A stretch of 64,000 bases of DNA from Escherichia coli (GTDB lineage: Bacteria; Pseudomonadota; Gammaproteobacteria; Enterobacterales; Enterobacteriaceae). Of the stretch, positions 33,296-42,734 are shown one piece after another; position 1 is the first letter of the stretch; the number at the start of each line of letters is the position of its first letter. A program made the position numbers and the translations under genes. The notes below the pieces were generated by a model. The model had not been told where the DNA came from, searched no databases, and saw only the letters and a program-made list of their open reading frames with translations. Where the stretch lies: assembly GCF_041248615.1 (NCBI RefSeq), contig NZ_CP158426.1. One strand, given 5' to 3'.

Positions 33296-33311
33296 TGGCA
33301 AGCATCTTGCA
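33296..33311 (+). promoter_or_regulatory. sigma-54 promoter of nac
   Basis: tggcaagcatcttgca matches TGGCA-N6-TTGCA (-24 GG / -12 GC) about 55 nt upstream of nac start. Confidence 0.6.
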
Positions 33312-33366
33312 GTCTGGTTGTAAGTAATGGCGGCACTTGGGCCGATTCTTAAAAACCGGAGGCAAC

Positions 33367-34284
33367 ATGAACTTCAGACGCCTGAAATACTTCGTAAAAA
33401 TTGTAGATATTGGTAGCCTGACCCAAGCTGCTGAAGTATTGCATATCGCACAACCAGCGCTCAGTCAGCAGGTTGCCACACTGGAAGGTGAGTTAAATCA
33501 ACAACTTTTGATTCGCACAAAACGGGGCGTTACGCCAACTGACGCCGGAAAAATTCTCTATACCCATGCGCGGGCCATTTTACGTCAGTGTGAGCAGGCC
33601 CAACTGGCGGTGCATAACGTTGGTCAGGCATTATCGGGGCAAGTCTCGATTGGCTTTGCGCCAGGAACCGCTGCGTCATCCATCACCATGCCCTTATTAC
33701 AGGCGGTTCGCGCTGAATTCCCGGAGGTCGTTATCTATCTTCATGAAAATAGCGGTGCAGTGCTTAACGAAAAACTGATAAATCACCAACTCGATATGGC
33801 GGTGATTTATGAGCATTCCCCTGTGGCTGGTGTATCCAGTCAGGCTTTACTGAAAGAAGATCTTTTTCTGGTAGGAACCCAAGATTGCCCGGGGCAAAGC
33901 GTTGATGTTAATGCTATTGCGCAAATGAACCTCTTTCTCCCAAGTGATTACAGTGCTATTAGACTTCGTGTTGATGAGGCTTTTTCCCTACGGCGACTCA
34001 CGGCAAAAGTCATTGGTGAAATTGAGTCTATTGCCACGCTTACCGCAGCGATTGCCAGCGGCATGGGCGTTGCAGTATTACCCGAATCGGCCGCGCGTTC
34101 GTTATGTGGCGCAGTAAATGGTTGGATGTCACGCATTACCACTCCTTCCATGAGTCTCTCTTTGTCATTAAATTTACCCGCCAGAGCGAACTTATCGCCA
34201 CAGGCACAGGCAGTGAAAGAGTTGTTAATGTCAGTGATGAGTTCTCCAGTGATGGAAAAAAGGCAGTGGCAATTGGTGAGCTAA
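33367..34284 (+). CDS. nac: nitrogen assimilation control protein (LysR family)
   Basis: 305 codons from MNFRRLKYFVKIVDIGSLTQAAEVLHIAQPALSQQV; sigma-54 promoter upstream. Confidence 0.9.
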   Translation: MNFRRLKYFVKIVDIGSLTQAAEVLHIAQPALSQQVATLEGELNQQLLIRTKRGVTPTDAGKILYTHARAILRQCEQAQLAVHNVGQALSGQVSIGFAPGTAASSITMPLLQAVRAEFPEVVIYLHENSGAVLNEKLINHQLDMAVIYEHSPVAGVSSQALLKEDLFLVGTQDCPGQSVDVNAIAQMNLFLPSDYSAIRLRVDEAFSLRRLTAKVIGEIESIATLTAAIASGMGVAVLPESAARSLCGAVNGWMSRITTPSMSLSLSLNLPARANLSPQAQAVKELLMSVMSSPVMEKRQWQLVS

Positions 34285-34385
34285 GCGTTATATCGGGATG
34301 GAATAAGATGCGGGTTTTTATTATTTGTTATGCCGGGCATTAGACTTTAACAATAACGGGATATCTGAACTGCCCGGAGTTTACC

Positions 34386-35336
34386 GTGAATTTCCAACAA
34401 CTAAAGATAATCCGCGAGGCTGCACGTCAGGATTACAACCTGACAGAGGTTGCGAATATGCTTTTTACCTCACAGTCAGGCGTCAGCCGTCACATTCGGG
34501 AACTGGAGGATGAACTTGGCATCGAAATATTTGTTCGACGAGGTAAGCGACTGCTGGGCATGACTGAACCGGGCAAAGCATTACTGGTCATTGCAGAACG
34601 CATTCTTAATGAAGCCAGTAATGTTCGTCGGCTTGCAGACCTGTTTACCAACGATACGTCTGGCGTTCTCACTATTGCAACGACGCATACTCAGGCACGT
34701 TATAGCTTGCCTGAGGTCATTAAAGCTTTTCGCGAACTTTTCCCGGAGGTTCGGCTGGAGCTAATCCAGGGTACACCACAGGAAATTGCGACGTTGTTGC
34801 AAAATGGCGAAGCTGATATTGGTATCGCCAGCGAGCGTTTGAGTAATGACCCGCAGCTCGTCGCCTTCCCGTGGTTTCGTTGGCACCATAGTTTGCTTGT
34901 TCCACTCGATCATCCCTTGACGCAAATTACACCGTTGACGCTGGAATCAATAGCGAAGTGGCCGTTAATTACTTACCGACAGGGGATTACGGGGCGCTCA
35001 CGTATTGATGACGCATTTGTCCGCAAAGGTTTGCTGGCAGATATTGTATTAAGTGCGCAGGATTCTGATGTCATTAAAACCTATGTTGCTCTTGGGCTGG
35101 GGATCGGATTAGTTGCCGAACAATCCAGTGGTGAACAAGAGGAAAAGAATTTAATCCGTCTGGATACGAGGCATCTTTTCGATGCTAATACTGTCTGGTT
35201 GGGACTGAAGCGAGGGCAACTTCAACGTAACTATGTCTGGCGCTTTCTGGAACTTTGTAATGCAGGACTGTCAGTTGAGGATATCAAGCGCCAGGTGATG
35301 GAGAATAGTGAAGAGGAAATTGATTATCAGATATAG
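34386..35336 (+). CDS. cbl: LysR-family regulator Cbl (sulfonate/sulfur starvation, CysB-like)
   Basis: 316-aa ORF MNFQQLKIIREAARQDYNLTEVANMLFTSQSGVSRHIRELE... Confidence 0.9.
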   Translation: MNFQQLKIIREAARQDYNLTEVANMLFTSQSGVSRHIRELEDELGIEIFVRRGKRLLGMTEPGKALLVIAERILNEASNVRRLADLFTNDTSGVLTIATTHTQARYSLPEVIKAFRELFPEVRLELIQGTPQEIATLLQNGEADIGIASERLSNDPQLVAFPWFRWHHSLLVPLDHPLTQITPLTLESIAKWPLITYRQGITGRSRIDDAFVRKGLLADIVLSAQDSDVIKTYVALGLGIGLVAEQSSGEQEEKNLIRLDTRHLFDANTVWLGLKRGQLQRNYVWRFLELCNAGLSVEDIKRQVMENSEEEIDYQI

Positions 35337-35373
35337 CAAAAAGCCCGCTATAAAAGCGGGCTTTTCAGAAATT

Positions 35374-35449
35374 TGGCTCCTCTGACTGGACTCGAACCAG
35401 TGACATACGGATTAACAGTCCGCCGTTCTACCGACTGAACTACAGAGGA
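35374..35449 (-). tRNA. asnU: tRNA-Asn (GUU)
   Basis: Identical 76-nt sequence to asnV on minus strand. Confidence 0.95.
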
Positions 35450-35609
35450 ATCGCTGTTGAGGCACATCTTAACGGCGAAAAATCTTTTGTCAAACCCGAT
35501 TTTTAAATTTCCCAACTGTTTGCCGTTTCTATCAACAGTTTGTTGCATTTGCAGACAATTTGTTGGCGAAAATCTTTGCAGCTTTGCTGATTCTCCCTCA
35601 TTATTTGAA

Positions 35610-37097
35610 ATGTGGTTTCACTTTCTGCAATTAAGGTCGGCTTTGAATATCTCCTCTGCTTTACGCCAGGTTGTTCACGGCACTCGCTGGCACGCTAAAC
35701 GCAAGAGCTACAAAGTGTTGTTCTGGCGCGAGATAACCCCGCTTGCTGTTCCTATCTTCATGGAGAACGCCTGTGTCCTGTTGATGGGTGTCCTGAGCAC
35801 TTTTCTGGTCAGCTGGCTGGGAAAAGATGCGATGGCCGGCGTGGGATTGGCGGACAGCTTCAATATGGTCATTATGGCATTTTTTGCGGCTATCGATCTT
35901 GGTACCACTGTCGTTGTGGCATTTAGTCTCGGTAAGCGGGATCGACGACGAGCGAGGGTGGCGACGCGGCAGTCATTGGTGATCATGACGTTGTTTGCCG
36001 TGCTGTTGGCAACGCTTATTCATCATTTTGGCGAACAAATTATTGATTTCGTTGCGGGTGATGCCACGACAGAAGTTAAAGCACTGGCGTTGACTTATCT
36101 GGAGCTGACGGTACTTAGTTATCCAGCAGCTGCCATCACTTTGATTGGTAGCGGGGCACTTCGTGGTGCAGGGAATACGAAAATACCGCTACTGATTAAC
36201 GGTAGCCTGAATATTCTTAATATTATTATTAGCGGCATATTGATTTACGGCCTTTTCTCCTGGCCGGGACTGGGATTTGTCGGGGCTGGGTTGGGGTTAA
36301 CCATTTCTCGTTATATTGGCGCAGTGGCAATTTTGTGGGTGCTGGCGATTGGTTTTAATCCTGCGCTAAGGATTTCGTTAAAGAGCTATTTTAAACCGCT
36401 GAATTTTAGCATTATCTGGGAAGTCATGGGGATTGGTATTCCAGCAAGTGTCGAATCAGTATTATTTACCAGTGGTCGGTTATTAACCCAAATGTTCGTT
36501 GCCGGGATGGGGACCAGTGTTATTGCCGGAAATTTTATCGCGTTTTCAATTGCGGCTCTTATCAACTTACCCGGAAGTGCGCTCGGCTCTGCTTCTACGA
36601 TCATTACAGGCCGAAGGTTGGGAGTAGGGCAGATAGCGCAAGCAGAGATTCAGTTGCGGCATGTGTTCTGGCTGTCCACTCTTGGATTAACGGCCATCGC
36701 CTGGCTAACGGCTCCCTTTGCCGGGGTTATGGCATCGTTTTACACCCAGGATCCACAGGTTAAACATGTCGTTGTGATTCTGATTTGGCTAAATGCTTTA
36801 TTTATGCCTATTTGGTCTGCCTCATGGGTGCTACCCGCTGGATTTAAGGGTGCTCGCGATGCACGTTACGCCATGTGGGTTTCTATGTTGAGCATGTGGG
36901 GTTGCCGGGTTGTAGTCGGTTATGTGCTGGGAATCATGCTTGGCTGGGGTGTGGTTGGTGTCTGGATGGGAATGTTTGCCGACTGGGCTGTGCGGGCCGT
37001 GCTGTTTTACTGGCGAATGGTTACTGGACGTTGGCTGTGGAAATATCCTCGATCTGAGCCGCAAAAGTGTGAAAAAAAGCCAATTGTGTCGGAATAA
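35610..37097 (+). CDS. yeeO: MATE-family efflux transporter
   Basis: 495 codons from MWFHFLQLRSALN (ORF track start 35457 lies on top of asnU); 12-TM-like hydrophobic profile. Confidence 0.82.
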   Translation: MWFHFLQLRSALNISSALRQVVHGTRWHAKRKSYKVLFWREITPLAVPIFMENACVLLMGVLSTFLVSWLGKDAMAGVGLADSFNMVIMAFFAAIDLGTTVVVAFSLGKRDRRRARVATRQSLVIMTLFAVLLATLIHHFGEQIIDFVAGDATTEVKALALTYLELTVLSYPAAAITLIGSGALRGAGNTKIPLLINGSLNILNIIISGILIYGLFSWPGLGFVGAGLGLTISRYIGAVAILWVLAIGFNPALRISLKSYFKPLNFSIIWEVMGIGIPASVESVLFTSGRLLTQMFVAGMGTSVIAGNFIAFSIAALINLPGSALGSASTIITGRRLGVGQIAQAEIQLRHVFWLSTLGLTAIAWLTAPFAGVMASFYTQDPQVKHVVVILIWLNALFMPIWSASWVLPAGFKGARDARYAMWVSMLSMWGCRVVVGYVLGIMLGWGVVGVWMGMFADWAVRAVLFYWRMVTGRWLWKYPRSEPQKCEKKPIVSE

Positions 37098-37150
37098 ACG
37101 ACAAAGTGCAGATTATTTCAGCAAACGATTTCAAATTTAAAAAACAGGCT

Positions 37151-37179
37151 TTGACATTGTGGATGGGCATCGCTAATAT
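37151..37179 (+). promoter_or_regulatory. candidate sigma-70 promoter of asnW
   Basis: ttgaca-17 bp-taatat ending 19 nt upstream of mature tRNA 5' end. Confidence 0.5.
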
Positions 37180-37197
37180 TCGCCTCGTTCTCACGAT

Positions 37198-37273
37198 TCC
37201 TCTGTAGTTCAGTCGGTAGAACGGCGGACTGTTAATCCGTATGTCACTGGTTCGAGTCCAGTCAGAGGAGCCA
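37198..37273 (+). tRNA. asnW: tRNA-Asn (GUU); integration target of downstream island
   Basis: 76-nt sequence identical to asnU/asnV on plus strand. Confidence 0.95.
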
Positions 37274-37434
37274 AATTCAAGTTTTCATGCTTATCTGTAC
37301 GTCTCTATTTGTTTACGATTCAGTAAGTTAGCGTGAAAATCCTTCCCGGTGCGTATCTGGTTTTCTCTCTGTATCGGGATAATTTGGTGGTCAGATCTGG
37401 GGTCAGTTTGGTTCGATTCTGGAGTGACCCCCAA

Positions 37435-38696
37435 ATGTCTTTAAACGATTCTAAAATCCGCAAGTTAAAACCCTCTTCCCGTCTGGTAAAACTCTCCGAC
37501 TCTCACGGTCTGTATCTGCTCGTCAATCCGGGCGGTTCACGCATCTGGTATCTCAAATATCGTTTCAACGGAAAAGAATCCAGAGTCAGTCTTGGCGCAT
37601 ACCCGCTTGTCTCACTGGCAGAAGCCAGGCAACAGCGCGACGGTATCCGTAAGTTACTGGCGCAGAATATCAACCCGGCGCAGCAGCGCATGGCGGAGAA
37701 AGCGGCCTGCTCCCCTGAAAAGTGCTTTAAGGCAGTGGCGCTGGCCTGGCACAAAACCAACAAAAAATGGTCGGCTGATTATGCCGCCCGTATTCTCGCC
37801 AGTATGGAAAACCATATCTTCCCGGCGATTGGTCATCTGCCAGTTGCCACTCTTAAAACGCAGGATTTACTGCTTTGTTGCGGGTTATCGAGGATAAAGG
37901 CTTTCTGGAAGTCGCGTCCCGAACCCGGCAGCAACTCAGCAACATCATGTGCTATGCCGTTCAGCAGGGGCTTACCGAAAGCAATCCGGCGCAGCATCTG
38001 GATGGCGTTGTCGCCTCACCCGTAAAGAATCACTACCCCGCGTTACTGCTGGAGCGGTTGCCCGAACTGCTTGGCCGCATCGGTGACTATCAGCAGGGCC
38101 GGGAGTTAACACGGCTGGCGGTGGTGCTGACGTTGCACCTGTTTATCCGTTCCAGCGAACTGCGTTTCGCCCGCTGGAGCGAGATCGATTTCAGGCACAA
38201 AATCTGGACCATCCCCGCCACCCGCGAGGCAATCGACAAAGTACGGTTTTCGGGGCGTGGCGCAAAAATACGTACCCCGCATATCGTGCCGCTCTCCCGC
38301 CAGGCGATTGCCATTCTGAAACAGATACAGGAGCTTTCCGGCCATCTGGATCTGGTGTTTCCCGGTGATCATAACCCGTACAAGCCAATGAGTGAAAACA
38401 CCACCAACCGGGCGCTACGCCTGATGGGGTATGATACGAAAACTGAAATCTGCGGGCATGGACTCAGGGCGATGGCCTGTAGCGCCCTGGTGGAGTCGGA
38501 GCTGTGGTCACGCGATACGGTGGAGCGGCAAATGAGCCACCAGGAGCGTAACAGCGTGCGGGCAGCCTATGTGCATAAAGCGGAGCATCTGGAGGCCAGA
38601 AAGGCCATGATGCAGTGGTGGTCGGATTATCTGGATGTGTGCCGCGAGGGGTATGTTGCGCCGTACATTTATGCCCGGCAGCATAAGGCAGCCTGA
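37435..38696 (+). pseudogene. P4-type tyrosine integrase, interrupted by a frameshift near 37870
   Basis: N-terminus MSLNDSKIRKLKPSSRLVKLSDSHGLYLLVNPGGSRIWYLKYRFNGKESRVSLGAYP typical of P4-family integrases; reading frame changes between ORF 37333-38025 and ORF 37875-38696. Confidence 0.8.
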
Positions 38697-38849
38697 ATCA
38701 GAAATAACGGAAATCATTAAAAATGTAAAAGCAGATCCTGATTGACCGGGATCTGCTTATTGTATTGAGAAGTATTACCATTTTTCTGTTATTATCAATC
38801 GGAAAGTATCTAAAAATATTTGGCCCCAAATAATTTTGGTGAAAACCAA

Positions 38850-39270
38850 TCAATAAACCATTTATCAATAGGTAAGTACCGGAAATTATTCCAGTAGAAT
38901 ATTTTCAGGCGATTGCCTATTAATAAATACATTATTGATAGATAAGTGCCTTCTGTGATTTGTCCGCAAATCACAGAAGATGAAAACCTATCAATACGGG
39001 ATATTTTCACGGAAATACCAATTAATACTCCAGAATATCTCCTGACCATATACTCTGAAACCTGTAAGAACTGCATCAGATATTGAGAGACCATATAGAT
39101 ATAAGTCTGAAATTATTTTGTTTCCAATGATTTCAGGCGAAAACCTATCAATGCATCTGTTTTCAATAGGCAGCCACCTTCCGTGATTAACATGTTAATC
39201 ACGGAAGGTGAAAAGCTATCAATAATCGATATTTTCACGGAATTACCACTTAATACATCCCAAAAAATGC
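38850..39270. repeat. AT-rich array of ~110-bp imperfect direct repeat units, each containing a GTGATT-type palindrome
   Basis: Palindromes cttctgtgattt-gtccgc-aaatcacagaag (38950-38979) and ccttccgtgattaac-at-gttaatcacggaagg (39177-39208) with compensatory arm changes; flanking tatcaata and gatattttcacgg motifs repeated. Confidence 0.65.
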
Positions 39271-39852
39271 GCCATAAAATACCGGGCAATCTTTCCTGAT
39301 ACACATTATCACTGCACCAGCTATACAGAGACAAAATAATCTGCACCAGCCCCTGTAAATCGGTTATTTGTGCCAGTGTCCCGCCGCTCTACCTGTTCAG
39401 GGTTGTGCCAGTTTCTGGCCCTTTGGTTTTCGGCCCTTTCCGGTCAGGCGCTGTTACCCTTATTGCCCCTTAACCTTTATGACCCTTTCCCTTTCTGACG
39501 CAACCAGTTTATTTTGAAATGCTCCATGACAGTCTGCACCAGACTGTATTTTCACCACAGGATAACGATCACAAAGTGCAAAAAAATAACATGAAGCACC
39601 GAAGATTGTTAATCTATATGTAGCAGGTAATGATGTCAAAAACTGTCGCAGCATTTTTTATAAAATTATGAGACATTCTGTGGGCATATAATATATGTCA
39701 CAAGATGCAGGAAAACAAAGAGAGAGTTTTCAGATATAATCCCGCGTTAGAATTAATGTGATGCCCCGGTGAATTTACATTTTAAAATTTCCCTGTCCCG
39801 TAATATCGGTAAAAACGATTGAAACACCAACTATTAATCGGGAACGTCTCGA

Positions 39853-39871
39853 GTGATTACAGGGTAATCAC
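39853..39871. repeat. third GTGATTA palindrome
   Basis: gtgattac-agg-gtaatcac; same half-site as the two palindromes at 38950 and 39177. Confidence 0.55.
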
Positions 39872-40033
39872 TATAATATCCCGGCAAACTATATTGGTTA
39901 AGCAGGAGAATCTGATCAGTTGATATTTATTCGTCATGCTGTAACGATATTTTCACAATATAAACCCGTTCGCCCCCTGCGCCAGATCCGGTACAGAGGG
40001 TACGATAAATCGCTGTCGTTACGCAGTAACGTA

Positions 40034-40650
40034 CTATTTTGCGACATTCATGAATTCAGTCATTCCTCCCTCCAGCGGTAGCCGTACACCTGTTTCACCC
40101 AGCGACCGCGACCGTCGCCATGACCCAGATCCGTCGCCGTCAGCGCCAGTGACTCCTTTTCGCTGAATCCCTGCGCCAGTATCCAGGACTGTCGTATAAC
40201 GGGGACGCCCGCCTTTGGTGCCAAATACCACTTTTAGCCGGGTTTCACCGCGGGAAATGGCTTTCAGCCACGTTTTCAGCGACTGTGAACTCTGTACCGC
40301 CTCCTGCGAACGCAGCCCCATCAGCCGCGCAATCTCCAGGCTGCTGCCAGCCCTGCGTCCTGAGTACGGGCTTTCTCCATCACCTGCCTGCGTCCAGCCT
40401 GTCTCAGCACGGCCCGCAACGCTGCCATTTCGTTTTGCAACGTTCGTAAACCAATATCCAGCTCCAGCCGTTCCTCAATGTAGCATTCGATATGGCGAAC
40501 CTTGATCTGCTCCACCCGCTGGATCTGGATATTCAGCGCCCGTAAATGTTCACTGAACCGTTTTGTAATATGGATACGGTCATTCACCGTTTTGAAGCTG
40601 CCGCCCGCTTTCTTCGCCAGCGCCTTCATTTCACTGCTTAATTTACTCAT
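40034..40650 (-). pseudogene. tyrosine recombinase-like remnant (frameshifted, truncated)
   Basis: ORF 40321-40650 resembles integrase N-terminal SAM-like core-binding domain; adjacent ORF 40034-40321 in another frame carries a GTKGGRPR segment; total too short for an intact recombinase. Confidence 0.4.
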
Positions 40651-41416
40651 GAATCCCTCTGCAACAAAAACAAACAGTCTCCGGCGTGTGCTTTTTGGCT
40701 GCGCCAGAACGATACCTTTACGCCGGAGTGGTAGTTTGTTGAGGTTTAGGGAGTTTCAGGCTGTACGCAGTACAGACTGCCTGCGAAGCAGGAGTGTCTC
40801 CGGGGCTTCTTGCCCCCCTCGGTATCGATCTTTTTCTCCTTTACTCTTAGCTGACAGCGGCCCCAAAGGGCATGTCAGACGGCGGAAATATGGCGCAGGC
40901 CAGAACTGGCGCGGCTTGTGGCGGTGAGTTGTGCGGCGTCACTTTGCTTTTTCGCTGGCGCGACCAAAGTGACGCCTCGTCTGGTGCAGGGGGTAAACGT
41001 TACGTTTCTGGTGCAGGGTGACGGTCACGCGGCAGCAAAGCCTGACGGCAATGCAGGCCGCAGCCCGTCAATGTAAGGCGCTGGTTGTCAGCAGAAGATA
41101 AAACCCGGCAAAGCCAGAGTGTCAGCCCGTAAAGCCGGGTATCTGGTGCAGTGATGGTGTATATGTACGTCAGTCTCAGATGCAGGTATTTTTGCATCCC
41201 CGGCGTTTTCAGAGATCAACGCCGGTAAAGGATGCCATGCTGGCGAAGCCAGGCGCTTCTTTCAGACGTGAAGCGACAAAGGGACTGCCCGGAGGCAGTT
41301 TGTTGCAGGCGGGAGACTGCGCCATTATTTCTGGTGCAGGAAGGAAAAACTGTTTCCGGGTTTAAAAGATTGTTTGCTTACCTGGTGACGGAAAAACTGC
41401 CGCGCTTCGCTTGTCT

Positions 41417-41460
41417 TCTCCCGGCGCGCTGCCAGCAAAAGCAGGCAGCGCGCCGGGAGA
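41417..41460. repeat. perfect 17-bp inverted repeat with 10-nt spacer
   Basis: tctcccggcgcgctgcc-agcaaaagca-ggcagcgcgccgggaga. Confidence 0.7.
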
Positions 41461-41566
41461 GTCTGGTTTTACTGTAACAATGCGCCTGACGGTTCAGCCA
41501 TCAGGATCGGCGTTTATGCATGAGTCTTCCGGTACGGTTGCCCCGATCATCGATGTATCTGGACGG

Positions 41567-41755
41567 TCAGATAATTTCCGGTGATGTTTCCAGCGCATCC
41601 GCAATCAGTTTTTCGCCGCGCGGCCTGGAGCGGGTCAGCGCATTTGCCAGCGTGGAAGACGCCAGCCCGGCCCTGCGGGAAACCTCAGCCAGCGATGTTC
41701 CCTTTTTTCTCAGGCCCGCGATAATATCGGCGGGGTGCCAGTCGGGTTGCATCAT
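41567..41755 (-). CDS. Ner/Nlp-like HTH DNA-binding protein (short form)
   Basis: 62-aa ORF with DWHPADIIAGLRKKGTSLAEVSRRAGLASSTLANAL, close to the Ner/Nlp (SfsB) signature. Confidence 0.7.
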   Translation of the reverse strand: MMQPDWHPADIIAGLRKKGTSLAEVSRRAGLASSTLANALTRSRPRGEKLIADALETSPEII

Positions 41756-42213
41756 GCTGGCCTCCCGTCGATAACCTGTATGCCGTCAGCAGTACATATC
41801 CAGCGTGGGGCGTTCAGATTGGCGGCAAAATACCAGACCAGTTCGCACAGCAGCCCGGTCAGCGTGGTTTCGGTTTCCGGCAGCAGCACGTGGCCGTTCA
41901 GTATCTGCGTCAGCGCCAGGCAGTAATCGCAGAGTGATCCTGCATCAGGCTCAAAACCGGGTGAAACATCGGGAAGATCATTCGTAATAAACCCGTCAAT
42001 CAGATGTGGTGGGATCGGCTCGTTCAGCGTGGGCCGCAACAGTGCAAGACAGGTATTAAGCCTGCCACAGAGCGCCGTTTTCAGCGCCGGATCGCAGCAC
42101 TCGATGAGCGTTGTGGCAACGCGATCGCAGTACTCCGCCAGATCGGTGAAATCGGTAGCGGCACTAAAGGGAACAGCAAGTAAATTGCATTCAGAGGTGA
42201 GAGTAGTCGCCAT
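41752..42213 (-). CDS. hypothetical Cys-rich protein (153 aa), translationally coupled to Ner-like gene
   Basis: ORF overlaps downstream Ner-like start by 4 nt (ATGA); 9 Cys; no recognisable family. Confidence 0.45.
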   Translation of the reverse strand: MATTLTSECNLLAVPFSAATDFTDLAEYCDRVATTLIECCDPALKTALCGRLNTCLALLRPTLNEPIPPHLIDGFITNDLPDVSPGFEPDAGSLCDYCLALTQILNGHVLLPETETTLTGLLCELVWYFAANLNAPRWICTADGIQVIDGRPA

Positions 42214-42734
42214 AAGGCCGTCTACAGTGAGTGATAAATATTCCAGCCACTGGAGAGGCTAATCTCACGGGTGGTGGAACCGGACGGGGTTAGCCTTACC
42301 AGCCTCACTGACACTGGCGCGTCTTTCGACGCCCCCGCCCGATCCCGCCATTGAGATGAGACCGTGCGCGACACACAAATATTGTATCGTCAGTGAGGAT
42401 CTTCAGGAGGCTAATCCCGACGCCTGATTTTGCAGGCGCGGCGCAACAATACAATGTTCGGTAATTTTCAGCAAGAGGTTTAGCGGAAGCAGACGCACAG
42501 GAAAATACAATCACGCGATAAATATTAAATACAATTATATTTATATAAAATATATATTGAGCAATATGCAGACACTTTCCAGTAAATATCCTGTCAGTTA
42601 ATTCGTCCCGTTGATATCAGTCAAAAAAATAAATGTAAAAAGAGCGTATTTCGTTTCATACAGTAACGTTATTTATCATTTTGTCCGGTGTCGCCAGCAT
42701 CAGGCCAGATGAACCATAAAAAAGGATATCAGCG

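Noticed and set aside
35457-35609. N-terminal 51-codon extension of yeeO
   Set aside because: Begins inside the asnU flank and terminator; the internal Met gives the expected ~495-aa MATE protein.
38850-39270. Possible CRISPR array
   Set aside because: Units are long (~110 bp), imperfect and internally palindromic, not short identical repeats with unique spacers; no cas genes nearby.
38810-39346. Two paralogous small ORFs (94 and 77 codons, minus strand) over the AT-rich repeat units
   Set aside because: Their similarity is explained by the underlying DNA repeats, and the palindromes within them show compensatory changes preserving dyad symmetry, which argues for DNA/RNA-level elements; no convincing RBS seen.
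40502-40927. 141-codon Arg/Ser-rich ORF on plus strand
   Set aside because: Lies antisense to the recombinase remnant and in GC-rich non-coding sequence; composition typical of spurious GC-rich frames.
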